Counted from the whole stretch's first letter, positions 20,521 through 31,740 are shown. The stretch is 63,210 nt of DNA, filler included, from an uncultured Methanospirillum sp. (GCA_964637135.1; 3 parts of 3 records of this genome joined end to end with filler, not necessarily neighbours in it), one strand, 5' to 3'. Numbers and translations: made by a program. Notes: generated from the letters alone by a model not told the origin.

Positions 20521-22566
20521 TTCGGACTGACCGGATTCGAACTCTTCAGGAGGGCTCTCAGCCGGTGCCGGGCGGAATCCCTCGAACGGAACCCTGAGCT
20601 CGAAGAGCACCCCGATGCCGTACGTGCCCTTTTCGACGATGGTGATCCCGGTAAAGGCCAGGATTTCCCGGATCAGGAACAGTCCCCATCCGGTGCCTGA
20701 CCCGATTCCCCGTTCGAAAACCTTCTCCTTCATCTCGTTCGGAATCCCTTCACCGTCGTCTTCGTACAGGATCACCAGTTCATCACCATCCTGCCGGGTT
20801 CTGATGGTAATCGTAAATACACCAATCCCGTGCTTGAGACTGTTGTCGATCAGGTTAAAGAAGGCATTCTGAAGGAGGGCATCGGCAAATATCTCGTAAT
20901 TTTTCCCTTCAATGGAGAAAGTCACCCCCTTCTTTCGTGCCATTGCCCAGGCAAGATGACAGATCGCCCGGAGGTTCTGCCAGGATGGTGCCTCGATCCC
21001 GGCTTTCTGGTACTCTTTTGAGAACTCGATATGCTTGTTGATCTTCTCGGCCGCTTCGCTCGCCGCATTCAGCAAGGGTTTGATCTTCTCGTCCTGGTTC
21101 TTCCCTATCGCGAGGGATATCATGCCCCTGATCGTGGTCAGCTGGTTGACGATGTCATGCCTCGTCATACTCCCGAGCAGGCTGAGTTTGCGGTTCGAGA
21201 GTTCGAGTGCCTGCATGGTCCGGTGGATGGCAGAGACATCAGTGATGATGCAGAGCCATCCCGGCTCACCGATCTCAAGGGTGAACTCGGCTATGGTTAC
21301 TTTCAGGTACAGTTCAATCCCGTCAGGAGTCCGGGTCCTAAACTCTGAGAAGTCTTCGAGCTGGGAGAGGAGGGAGGGGTTCTTCTCGTCAGGGATAAGG
21401 AGGTACCCGAGGTTCATACCGATCAGGGTCTCCGGGGCAATCTTCCAGATCTCGGTCATCTTGGGGTTGGCGAACTGTATCACTCCGTCATAGGTGATAA
21501 CGCAGATCCCTTCCTCTGCAAGTTCGATGAGATCCCGGAAACGACGTTCCGATGCCGTCCGCTCTTTCTCTTCCCGTTCAAGCTGGGTGAGCATCCGGTT
21601 GATCGTCTCTGATATCTCGCCGATCTCGTCATCCCTCCCGGCAGGAAGCCTCCCGGATAACAGTCCGCTTCTTCCGATCGCCTGAAGCCCGCTATTAATG
21701 TCACGGAGCGGAGTGATGACAACGAGGTTAATAAGGGATATCGCAACCCCGAGGAAGCAGATCATCAGGATCAGGAGAGCTAGCAGGAGAAAGTTCCTCG
21801 AAGAGATGCCCCGTTCCCAGATCTCCCTTGTCTCTTCAATAGTGAGGACGAACTGTTCACTCCCGGAGATGGACGGGAATATCCCGGAACGGTGGAATGA
21901 ATCGGGCAGGGGAGATGCTGAAGTCCCATTATTCTGGACGAGGGAAGGGATTCCTGCAAGTGGTGACCGGGTAAATGAGAGGTTCTGGAGAAGCATCTCT
22001 GAGAGGTCACTGATTTTTTCATCGGTGAGTACTTCAAGAAAAATGAGGGTTCCCCGCTCCGGACCGGTATGCCGGGAAGTGAGCACCGGATGTGTCGCGA
22101 CAAGGATTGGTATGTCATGATGCCCGATAATTCCAGATACCTGTGCTTTTTGCGTATTCAGTCCGTTTGATTCGACAATCGCGAGCATCTCATCCTCAGT
22201 GAGATTCCCTTCTCCAGCAGTCACCCCGGCAAGGTAGGATCCGTCTGACCTGAAGATCAGGAGAGAAGAAACGTCGAGGGTCTCTATCGTGGCAGGGATC
22301 AGGTTTGAGGTGGCGAAGGCCGGATTCTGGGTGACGACATAATCATAGGTTTCATCCCAGTTACCGTAGTCTGCTGCTTTCTCTTCGAGTCGTTTGATCT
22401 TTTCAGTAATTGCATTTGCTGCCCGGGCAAGGTCACGGTCAGCATGTTCTGACTCAAGTGTCGAGTATGATTCAAGCACGACTGCTTCAAATCCGATGAG
22501 TAGCACGAGCATGACGGCGAGAAAGGTCAGGGAGATTATCAGGATCGTCTTGGTGTACAGTTGCAT
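20470..22566 (-). CDS. membrane sensor histidine kinase (CHASE4-HAMP-PAS-HisKA-HATPase)
   Basis: Two TM segments flanking DYGNWDETYDY (CHASE4), HAMP DDEIGEI, PAS, RHDIVNQL H-box, NLIDNSLKHG, DDGEGI, GTGWGLF. Confidence 0.92.
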   Translation of the reverse strand: MQLYTKTILIISLTFLAVMLVLLIGFEAVVLESYSTLESEHADRDLARAANAITEKIKRLEEKAADYGNWDETYDYVVTQNPAFATSNLIPATIETLDVSSLLIFRSDGSYLAGVTAGEGNLTEDEMLAIVESNGLNTQKAQVSGIIGHHDIPILVATHPVLTSRHTGPERGTLIFLEVLTDEKISDLSEMLLQNLSFTRSPLAGIPSLVQNNGTSASPLPDSFHRSGIFPSISGSEQFVLTIEETREIWERGISSRNFLLLALLILMICFLGVAISLINLVVITPLRDINSGLQAIGRSGLLSGRLPAGRDDEIGEISETINRMLTQLEREEKERTASERRFRDLIELAEEGICVITYDGVIQFANPKMTEIWKIAPETLIGMNLGYLLIPDEKNPSLLSQLEDFSEFRTRTPDGIELYLKVTIAEFTLEIGEPGWLCIITDVSAIHRTMQALELSNRKLSLLGSMTRHDIVNQLTTIRGMISLAIGKNQDEKIKPLLNAASEAAEKINKHIEFSKEYQKAGIEAPSWQNLRAICHLAWAMARKKGVTFSIEGKNYEIFADALLQNAFFNLIDNSLKHGIGVFTITIRTRQDGDELVILYEDDGEGIPNEMKEKVFERGIGSGTGWGLFLIREILAFTGITIVEKGTYGIGVLFELRVPFEGFRPAPAESPPEEFESGQSESGTEPERQPGDDEHED

Positions 22567-22638
22567 GTCTCTGATCTCCGTTCCGTCGTCATCCGGACAG
22601 ATGTATGGAGATATCGGTTTTTAAAAGAAAAAGGTATG

Positions 22639-24093
22639 TCAGGAAGTGAGTTCAATGGTCTGGCGGGAATCAGGGCTCTGGATCTGAAACTGGAAGGTAC
22701 CGAGAATATCTCCCTCGTTATGGATCACCCCGGTATACTTTCCGTACAGCAACTGGAAGGTCGTCTGACCGCTCTGGGAGGTGACTTCATTGCCGACGAT
22801 CTTTCCAAGATTCTTCACCGTAATGCGAGTGCCACCGACAGGTGCCCCGTTACGGAGGATGGTGAACGCTATTATGCCGATCCCTTTTCTCACCGAGGAT
22901 ATCTCAGGGATGATATGCGTCACCGTTGCCCTTATCCGGCTCTTGTCATAAATCCGGCACCCGGTTACAAACCGGGAAGCGATCTCAGCATCGGTCGGGT
23001 AGAACGTGAAGACCTGGGAATTTTTCAGGAACAGGACACTTTTATCCCCGTAAAGAACACCGTTCCGGTCGATGTATATCCCTCCTTCCGGTTCTCCGTT
23101 CACGAAGATGAGAAAACTCCGGTATCCTTCTGAACCGGTTGCCGATGCGACGCCGTCCATCTTCTGGTTTTTTGTCTCCCTGATCAGGTCATCAAGCGGC
23201 CATGTCCCCGCAGACCGGGTGTTTTCAATGATGAAGTTTAAAGGGACGTTTTCATCGAAGTCCCCCATGTCCCTCGGGAGATCAGATGCAGCCATCTGGT
23301 ACCGTTCCTCGGACTCCTTGAGGTTCTTCCTCGCGAGTTCCTCGTCTGAACTGTCCCTGCCGGTACCCCGGCAGTTTGCCAGGTTTCCGTCTGTCCCGAA
23401 AACTCCTTCGATGACCCAGTTCACCCGTGCAGGATCCCCCCCGGGAGGATGGAGGGTGAGGGGGATCTTTCCTTCCGGACTCTCCGGAGAGAGTTGTGAG
23501 ATGACCGCAGCAAGGGCTGCCCGCTCGTCATCTGAAATCCCGTCAGTGAATTTTTTCCCGATGAGATCTGCCGGGATTGTCCCGTGGAGCTGGGCATATC
23601 CCTCGTTTACGCGGATAATGGTATAATCCGGCAGGAAGTCAACAAAAAATTCCCGTTGAACGGTGAGAACCGCCTGGTAGAGTTCTTCACGTGCCGATAA
23701 CTCCTGTCCGGTCTGGTGCCGCTTGTGGGCCTGGATGATCCGCTGTTCGAGTTCCAGGAACTGGGTCTCCGGTTCGGATCCTTTCCTGATGTAGTAATCG
23801 GCACCACTGTTCAGGGCTGAAATCACGACGTCCTCTTTTCCCTTTCCGGTGAAGATGAGGAACGGGATATGGCCCAGGTGGGTTCTGACATATCTGAGCA
23901 GTTCAATGCCGTTCATGTCCTGCATCAGGTAATCTGAAACAATAACCTCGAACTCCTCGTCTTTGAGCCGCTCAATGGCTTCCCCCCCTGAAGATACACA
24001 GGTCAGCTCCATCAGCCCGGATCGTTCAAGATATTCCTTGGCAAGCATCAGGTGTGGGAGTTCATCATCAACATACAGGACAGATATTGCCAT
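22639..24093 (-). CDS. response regulator: REC-PAS plus C-terminal PATAN/DUF4388/DUF2226-like domain and a beta-rich tail
   Basis: VLYVDDE, IVSDYLM, FTGKG, YIRKG (REC); PAS; LDDLIRETKNQKMDGVASATGSEGYRSFLIFVNGEPEGG. Confidence 0.85.
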   Translation of the reverse strand: MAISVLYVDDELPHLMLAKEYLERSGLMELTCVSSGGEAIERLKDEEFEVIVSDYLMQDMNGIELLRYVRTHLGHIPFLIFTGKGKEDVVISALNSGADYYIRKGSEPETQFLELEQRIIQAHKRHQTGQELSAREELYQAVLTVQREFFVDFLPDYTIIRVNEGYAQLHGTIPADLIGKKFTDGISDDERAALAAVISQLSPESPEGKIPLTLHPPGGDPARVNWVIEGVFGTDGNLANCRGTGRDSSDEELARKNLKESEERYQMAASDLPRDMGDFDENVPLNFIIENTRSAGTWPLDDLIRETKNQKMDGVASATGSEGYRSFLIFVNGEPEGGIYIDRNGVLYGDKSVLFLKNSQVFTFYPTDAEIASRFVTGCRIYDKSRIRATVTHIIPEISSVRKGIGIIAFTILRNGAPVGGTRITVKNLGKIVGNEVTSQSGQTTFQLLYGKYTGVIHNEGDILGTFQFQIQSPDSRQTIELTS

Positions 24094-24138
24094 TTCAGAC
24101 TCTTTGCCTATTTCTTTCTGAGATAGATAAGCGTATGG

Positions 24139-24624
24139 TTACCCGGTGTGGCATTCGTGACAGGTGAACCGGGTATCCAGGAGTGTTCCGTTCGTTCCGA
24201 TGGTTTCGTATATAAGAAGCCGGTGTGGCATTTCCACAGGACCGGGAACAGAAATTTTTATAGAATCACCGTTTTTGGTAAAATTAGTTGAATCCTTAGA
24301 ATTCCATTTCGTTCCGGTATCACCCGTTGTTGTGCAATTTCCGGTAATGATCTCTGTAGCATTGTAATGATATGCCGGTTCAACCGGGTTTTCATTCAGA
24401 ACAAACCGTATATCAGACCACCTGATGGGGCTTCCCCCCTGGTGTGCCACAATCACCTGGTAATCCGGATCATCATGGCAACAGGAGACGAGGAATGAGA
24501 TCTGGGGAGATGCTTCCGGGGGAGGGCTGGAATACATGAAAACCCCGATGATGATCATCCCGGTCATGACGATCGCTATCAGGAGAAATGCCCCGATCAC
24601 CTCTGATACTGCCGGTTCTTTCAT
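24139..24624 (-). CDS. archaeal type IV pilin (DUF1628-like, class III signal peptide)
   Basis: MKEPA|VSEVIGAFLLIAIV hydrophobic N-terminus, HQGGSPI motif. Start ATG 24624. Confidence 0.88.
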   Translation of the reverse strand: MKEPAVSEVIGAFLLIAIVMTGMIIIGVFMYSSPPPEASPQISFLVSCCHDDPDYQVIVAHQGGSPIRWSDIRFVLNENPVEPAYHYNATEIITGNCTTTGDTGTKWNSKDSTNFTKNGDSIKISVPGPVEMPHRLLIYETIGTNGTLLDTRFTCHECHTG

Positions 24625-24649
24625 CTGTTCCTGATATTGAAAGAGATGG

Positions 24650-27600
24650 TCAGGTAAAATAGTATTGTCCCGCCCTGCCGTCAAAGAATGACTGGGCCGG
24701 GTTGATCTCAAGGCTCATAAACCGCTCACCGGTTGGCATCAGATCTTCAATAACGAGATTGCGTTTCCAGGATATCGGTACGCCAAGGTTATCCCACTGG
24801 AAACTGGTCCATGCATAGTAACTCTTTGCTGCGGTAAATGTGAGGTTTGAGTGGAAATTTTCAAAGTCCTGTATCCTGATATCTGTGATATTTCCCTGTG
24901 CAACCAGCTGACCGTTCACGCTGACTGATGCATCAGCCAGCAGACATTCGGTGACGGCACCTGCAATGAAAATCTTGGCTGTTGAATGCGGGCTCCGGAG
25001 GCTAATCTCCACGTAATCACCATATTCCAACGGGATTGAATCAGTGTTGACGGTGATGCTCGAGTTGTACCCCCGGTTGATCAGGCTCATCACGCCCCCC
25101 TGGGAAAGAGTGCTGAACCGGGAGGTGAGGAGATTGGCACTGTGCCAGAGGCCGGAGACGGTCACATTCTTTTCGATGAAGGCTGACTGGCTTGATGCAT
25201 TGGTGACTGTCAGCCGGACAGAATAATTCCCCGGCTCTGCAAAGATGTGAATCGGATTCTGTTCGGCCGATGTCCCGTTATCCTTGAAATTCCAGTTCCA
25301 CTGGTTGGCCCCCCCGGTAGAGAGATCAATGAACTCCATCTCATGGGGAGCCCGTCCGGTCCAGGGATATGCCGTGAAGTTTGCGGATATTGGCTCCTTT
25401 GAAAGGGCAGTGATTGTCTGCGCCGGAGAGTCTGCGTATGGCCCCATGAGGTTCTGCACACTTGCTGTTCGGTATGGTACCCGTACAAAGATGGGGATAG
25501 TCTCTCCTGCATAGGGTTCCGCGTTGAATGATCCCTCGATCGTACTGGGAAGGCCGGAGGTGATAAGAGACATATTTGTGACCGGTTTACCATCAATGAA
25601 CAGAACGGCTGATGTGTTATCCTGCCATTTTCCATTGATCTGTGCAGTAACCGTAGCAATCCCTTTCACATTTGGAGAAGTCGCTTCAGAGGTGATTCTG
25701 GTGATGGTTGCAGTTATCGGCTCGTATGCGATTGTTGCGTTGGAGTAAGCGTAGACGTATCCTCCTGTGGATAACCCCATTCTGGCTGTGAATAATTGCT
25801 TTGTCCCTTCAAATGGTCTGGTATCAACACTTGTTATAAGGTATTCACCAACAGTGCTGTTGTAAAATAATTTCATCGTAGATACCGGACTCGTCAGATA
25901 ACACTGGGTAGTCTGTTCACCCTTCCCTTCAAAATGGACTTCAACAGTATATGTCGGGGTATATGGGATAACTTCCCCTTCCTTTGGTTTGTCTATATCA
26001 AAGTGAATCGTTGAATCCCATTTATATTGGAGTTCTAACTGATCAGCCATGATAACCGTGTTGTCAGGGACCAGGAAGTGATTGCCAGTATGAACCACGG
26101 TTCCATCTAATTTCCATTTATCCATGAAATATGCACCCTGCCCCACATTTTTCAGATAATTGTTGTATTCCCTGAATGTCAGGATGAATGACGAGTTCCC
26201 CCAACTGGTGTATCCCAGGGGGTATCCTCCCGGAGGATCAGTAATAAATCTCCCGGGATTTCCATCAATCGGGGTAAGTGGGACGGTTCTGGCATTTTTG
26301 TTGTAGGTTGTATTATAATCGAGGTACTGGGCAGCATCTGCAAGCGTTCGATAGTAAAACCATTGATCGCTGGTGGATGGCCTGCCGTACATCCAGAATC
26401 TTCCCGGAATTTCTATGTATGAGGTATGAAGCCCGATATTTCCGAAATTTACATCAGAATAATCACGAGTGGAATAGATGAGAATACTGTCTGAAACTTC
26501 CTGGTCATAGGTACCATACGAGTATGTTACCCGCCAGTCTGCCGGGAGATGTTCCCGTACCCTGAAGACCGAGTTGCTCACCCCTTCGAGGTTGAAGAGA
26601 TAATACCCAGAAGCATCGGTGGTGGTGGTGTTTACCACCTGCCACGTTCCGCTTCTCCGTTCTTCAAGATCCACTTGCCACCCGGAGAGCCCGCTTTCAT
26701 TGGCATCCAATGCCCGGTTGAAGTTCCGATCATCCCAGAGCCGTCCTCCGATAGATCCCGGTTGCGAGACGACAAAAACCGAGGTGTTCACGAACGCCTG
26801 TCCGCATTCATTCTGAACCATGAGACTTGCATAATACGTACCGACCCGGTCATAGGTATGGGGCGGGGGGTTTGGATTGGTTTTATTTGAGGTATAGTAA
26901 AACGTCCCGTCCCCGAATGACCATCTCCAGCCGGTAATGTTCTCGTGGGGTGTTGAATAGTCGGTAAAGTTGACGGTGAGGGGCGATTGTCCGGTCTTTG
27001 GATCGGCTTCAATTGCCCCCACGAGGCCGGTGCAGGGGAATATAATGGGCCGTGACTTCGTGTTTGATTTGCCACAGTCGTTTGTCACCGTGAGTTTCAC
27101 AGTGTAATTTCCGGCATCGTACTCATGTGGCGGCGGCGTCTGCCCGGAATAATGCTGCTTGCCATCCCCGAAGTCCCAGTCCCATTTTATGATATCTTCC
27201 GGAGACGCGGTGGACAGGTCGGTGAACTCGACTACCATGTTTTCATCGAGATCGACGAGCCCGTCATAGCTGAAATCGGCAACCGGCCAGGTACACGTGG
27301 GGAATACCACGATCTGATCCGGTTTACTACGAATGTCAGATCCCCCTGAATTGGATGCCGTGAGATTTATTGAATAGAAGGTGACATTCCCGTTTTTGGA
27401 GATGTAATCATAGGAAGGATTCTGCTCGGTCCTGATCGGGCCATCCCCGAGATCCCAGCTCCAGCCGGTCGGATTACAGATGGAGGTGTCGATGAAGTCC
27501 ACATGAAGCGGTTCCCTTCCGCAGGGCTGTCCTGGGTATTCCTGTTTACAGAGACTGCAGGCGTTGTCCCCGGATTCGCAGGCGTCCGGATTCCATGACT

Positions 27601-27911
27601 CCGAGAAGTCAGCATGCACCGGCTTGACATCGATGAGATTCTCCTTTTTCAGGGTGAACGTAAGGCCCTCATCAGTTCTGATGGTGTGAATAACCGTATA
27701 GAGACCGGCATTTGTGTAGATGTGGTTTACCCTGAAACCGGTTTCATCGATCCCCGGGTTAATATTGGCATCGAAATCCCAGTCCGAATAAATTACGTTA
27801 CCCAGAGAAGAATCCTCAAAAAATACTTTCTCATTGATACAGATGCGGTATTTTCCATTAAACAGTGGAGAAGATTTATTAACAAGAAATTCGATGTCCT
27901 GAGGGATCAAC
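24650..27911 (-). CDS. large PKD-repeat surface protein with SdrD-B-like domain (5' end lost in gap)
   Basis: Repeated WxWDFGDG and FTDLS motifs, GSIGGRLWDDRN...GLSGWQV, many N-x-S/T sequons; frame open to the gap. Confidence 0.88.
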
Positions 27912-28011
27912 NNNNNNNNNNNNNNNNNNNNNNNNNNNNNNNNNNNNNNNNNNNNTTAATTAATTAANNNNNNNNNNNNNNNNNNNNNNNNNNNNNNNNN
28001 NNNNNNNNNNN
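27912..28011. other. assembly gap with TTAATTAATTAA contig linker
   Basis: N-run containing a six-frame stop linker. Confidence 0.98.
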
Positions 28012-30073
28012 ATCTGATGCACCCTTCAAGATCAAGGTAAAAACCGCCGACGGTGGTGTCCTTGAGAGCCTGATGGGCAACAACGGCAAGGAGTGGGCCC
28101 TGACCAATCTGAAGGTCAACGAGCAGCTCTGGTACTGGGTCGGTGTCGGAAGCGACAACACCAAGCCGGCTAACAACGACGGATGGAACACTGCTGCTGA
28201 GGACAAGTACGGAAACCGTGTCTACAAGGCCGGCGTCTACACTGTCTGGGCAGAGTGTAATGCAAACAGCATGAAGGATCAGTACGTCGCTCCAGACGGA
28301 TCTGACTACACCGGGAAGACCATCTCTGCGGTCAAGAGTGTCACGATCGCCACCGACCAGGTGAAGATCGAAGCCAACAAGGACTCTGTCGTCCGTGGCA
28401 ACCCCTTCTCCGTCACCGTCACTGGTGTCCCGAATGCTGACTACTACATCTGGATGAAAGGCACCAGTTCCATGTCTGGCCAGCCTGACGACCAGCCACC
28501 CATGATCCTGTCTGTTCAGGACAAGGTGAGCCAGGACGATCCAGCCGGTCCGTACGAGATCGGTAAGTACCAGTTTGAGGGTGGCGCAGGGAAGAGCATC
28601 AAGCAAGATGTCCCCGATGACCCTGATTACCATGGAACCAAGTTCTACGCAATGCTTACGCTGAGTTCCAGTGGTACCAGAACTGTTGAGTGGAAGACCT
28701 CCAAAGACACCAAGGACAAGAAGTACACCGTTCGTGTCGAGCGCAAGTCCGGCAACCAGTACAAGTCCGATGAGGTCGATATCAAGGTAGAGAAGGGCGA
28801 TGTAACAGTCGTTGCTTCCGGCGACCAGTCATACTACCTTGGTGAGGAAGTCAAGCTCTCCGGTACCAACTCCGAGACCGACCTTTCCTATCTGTATATC
28901 ACCGGTCCGAACCTGCCAACCAACGGCGCCATGCTGAAGGCCCCGCGTACTGCAGTCATCAACGACCAGCCGGCATCCTTTGACCAGGCTGACGTCCAGG
29001 ATGACGATACCTGGGAGTTCAAGTGGCAGACCGCCAACCTCGAAATCGATGCAGGAACCTACACCGTGTACGCAGCAAGTGCACCACGTGACAAGGATCA
29101 CCTGAACGATGCAGAGTATGACACCGTCTCACTCGTCATCAAGAAGCCGTTCATCCAGGCAACCGCTTCAGGCAGTGTAGTCGCCAAGGGTGACAAGCTG
29201 TATGTCCGCGGAACTGCAGAAGGCGACCCGTCCATGGGTATTGCAATCTGGATCCTTGGAAAGAACAAGGCTATCTACGCAACCGAATCCGTGAACGATG
29301 ACATGTCATTCGAGCACGAGATCAAGGGAGCAGAGACTGACACGCTCTATGCAGGTCAGTACTTCGTTGTTGTCCAGCACCCGATGTACAACAACGAGTT
29401 CGATGTCTACCCAGACAACGCTGCATCCCCGCAGTTCATTCTCGGTGCATACCCAACCCGTGGTTCCGAAGTCTTCAAGCTCGGCGGCCAGGGTGCACTC
29501 CAGGGCACTGACGCTGCACAGGCACTGACTGCCGCAATGGAATCCGCAATGGTCGACGATATCTACACCAAGCTCCAGTTCCTCGTTGAGGAGCCGAAGA
29601 TCACCATCAACCCGATCGGTGAGCAGAGCGTTGGTTCCAAGTTCGAGATCAGCGGTACCACCAACCTGGCTTACGACGACAACGACCTGCTTGTCGAGGT
29701 AACCTCCTCTTCATTCAAGCCGACCGACAAGAGCCAGAGCGGTGAGTTCAGTGGTGCAACCGGCACTGTCAAGGTCCAGCAGGGCACTGACGGGCTGAAC
29801 AAGTGGAGCTTCACTGTTGACGCATCCACCTTCAAGCCGGATGAGTACATCGTCCGTGTCTCCGGTGTCACCACCGATGCAGTCGAAACTGCCCTCTTCA
29901 ACGTTGTTGAGGCTGGTGCCGTAGTCGCAACCCCGACCGAAGCACCAACCGAGGCTCCAACTGAAGCACCGGTAGTTGAGGAAACTGTTGCAGCAGAAGA
30001 GACCAACGTCACTGCTGAAGCAGTTGCTGCAGAAGAACCTGTAGAACCTGTTGCAGAAGCAACCCAGGCATAA
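28012..30073 (+). CDS. Methanomicrobiales major S-layer glycoprotein family protein (5' truncated)
   Basis: YTVWAECNANSMKD, SYYLGEEVKLSGTN, YFVVVQHPMYN, DDIYTKLQFLVEEP, GTTNLA; strong C-ending codon bias suggests high expression. Confidence 0.88.
29933..29971 (+). repeat. three imperfect 12-bp tandem repeats encoding (PTEA)3P in the S-layer tail
   Basis: ccgaccgaagca ccaaccgaggct ccaactgaagca ccg. Confidence 0.8.
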
Positions 30074-30082
30074 GCCTGGACA

Positions 30083-30096
30083 CCTTTTTTTATTCT
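30083..30096 (+). terminator. oligo-T archaeal terminator of the S-layer gene
   Basis: CCTTTTTTTATTCT about 10 nt after the stop. Confidence 0.6.
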
Positions 30097-30872
30097 CCCG
30101 AACCTCTGATGAGATCTGATCTTTACCACCAGAGTTCTGGCTGTTATTTCCTTGCCTAACAGAAGATTACCGACTGCAGATGATGAATCATCAGGTACAT
30201 CAGGGGATTGTACCGATGCAGTGAATCCGTGAACCATAACCGGAAGGTATGATGCTTTCTGGCCGAAGATGGCCATGCCGGATGTATTTAAAAACAAATA
30301 CCGGACTGAAATAACCCGGAATAGTACGATCAGAATGGAATCGAATCCTGAAATGAACTCAGGTTCGGACGATTTTCCATATAGAATGAAAGGAGCTGGA
30401 AAAAAGAAGATCTGATTGATATCAGTTCTTTTTTCTCTGAACAGACGATAATTTCTTGTTCTGAGGGGATTCGGTTGCTGCATGAGACTGTGTATCGACA
30501 GTCTTTTCTGCTTTCTTTTTGCTCATACAAACACCTGAAGAGTTAAAACTTTTCAGAGATCGTGTTTCTTTCTCTGAAGGTGTATCTCCTTTCCGGCTGG
30601 AAGGGTGAAGAGAGAGATTGGAAGCCTTTCCCATTGATATGCCGGGGCTTCCCGGGCATACCGGCGCATCGGACCACCAGGAATGATACAATCACCGGGA
30701 ATTATCATTCCAGATAATCTAGTAAACAGCATCTGTGGCTTTTCGTGATGGAAGAGGACGGGGTGAAGCCCAGCCAGCACCGTTCCACCAGCAACCTTAT
30801 GATATGGCCTGATGAACTCACCACCATACGGGGAGCGAATGACCAGGAGTCACGTGGATACATGGGAGATCT

Positions 30873-31733
30873 ATGTTCGGAAAAATACTATTCCCAACTG
30901 ATTTTTCTGATCATGCCAGAAGAACACTGGATTGCCTGATCGGACTGCCAGGGATCAGGGAGGTGTTACTTCTTCATGTGATTGACAGCCGGGATGTTCC
31001 CACCCCGGCAGTGAGGGAATCGCATATTGAAGAGGCACACCAGCTTCTTGCAGCAACCCGTACCCTCCTTGAGCGGTTTGGGATCCGTGCCTCAGCGGCA
31101 TTGAGGATTACAACCGGAACAGGGGTTGCCCAGACAATCGAATCGGTTGCCGAAGAAGAGGGATTCCCAACGATCGTGATGAATGCCCGTGGAAAGGGAT
31201 TCCTTCCCGGAATCCCGCTCGGATCGGTATCAGAAGGAGTTCTTCACTGTACAAAACGCGATCTCCTCATCATGAGATACCGGATGATCGAAGAGATGAC
31301 CGGGATACGGTATGAAAAATTCTGTCCGATGATCCTCTCAAAAATACTCGTGGCAACCGATCTCTCCCCCGAATCCTCCAATGCCATCATGCGCCTCGTG
31401 AAAACAGAGGGGGTTGGCGAGATTATCCTTGTTCATGTGATCTCCCGGGGTGAGACCGAAGCAGAGATCATTGCATCAGAAGAGGCAGCACGAACCACCA
31501 TCAGGGAACACTGTAACCAGATTCACCAGGAAGGTCTCCAGTCCAGGGGCATTGTTCTGACCGGGGATCCGGCATCGGTGATCATTGACCTGACAGAAGA
31601 ACAGGATGTCTCAATGGTGTGTACGGTCCCCCATGGAAAGGGATTCATGCAGCGTCTACTCTACGGGAGTTTCTCCGGTGATCTTGCCCGTCATGTCAAC
31701 CGGCCGCTGCTCATCATACACAACCCGGAGTAA
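30873..31733 (+). CDS. tandem-domain universal stress protein
   Basis: KILFPTDFS...GSVSEGV and a second KILVATDLS...GSFS domain. Confidence 0.9.
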   Translation: MFGKILFPTDFSDHARRTLDCLIGLPGIREVLLLHVIDSRDVPTPAVRESHIEEAHQLLAATRTLLERFGIRASAALRITTGTGVAQTIESVAEEEGFPTIVMNARGKGFLPGIPLGSVSEGVLHCTKRDLLIMRYRMIEEMTGIRYEKFCPMILSKILVATDLSPESSNAIMRLVKTEGVGEIILVHVISRGETEAEIIASEEAARTTIREHCNQIHQEGLQSRGIVLTGDPASVIIDLTEEQDVSMVCTVPHGKGFMQRLLYGSFSGDLARHVNRPLLIIHNPE

Positions 31734-31740
31734 TTACGAC

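Noticed and set aside
27956..27967. TTAATTAATTAA palindrome (also at 53300-53311)
   Set aside because: Artificial six-frame-stop linker inside N-runs. It is not biological, and gene links across it are unsupported.
30103..30130. CTGATGA hammerhead-like core after the S-layer gene
   Set aside because: No GAAA after stem II and no supporting stems.
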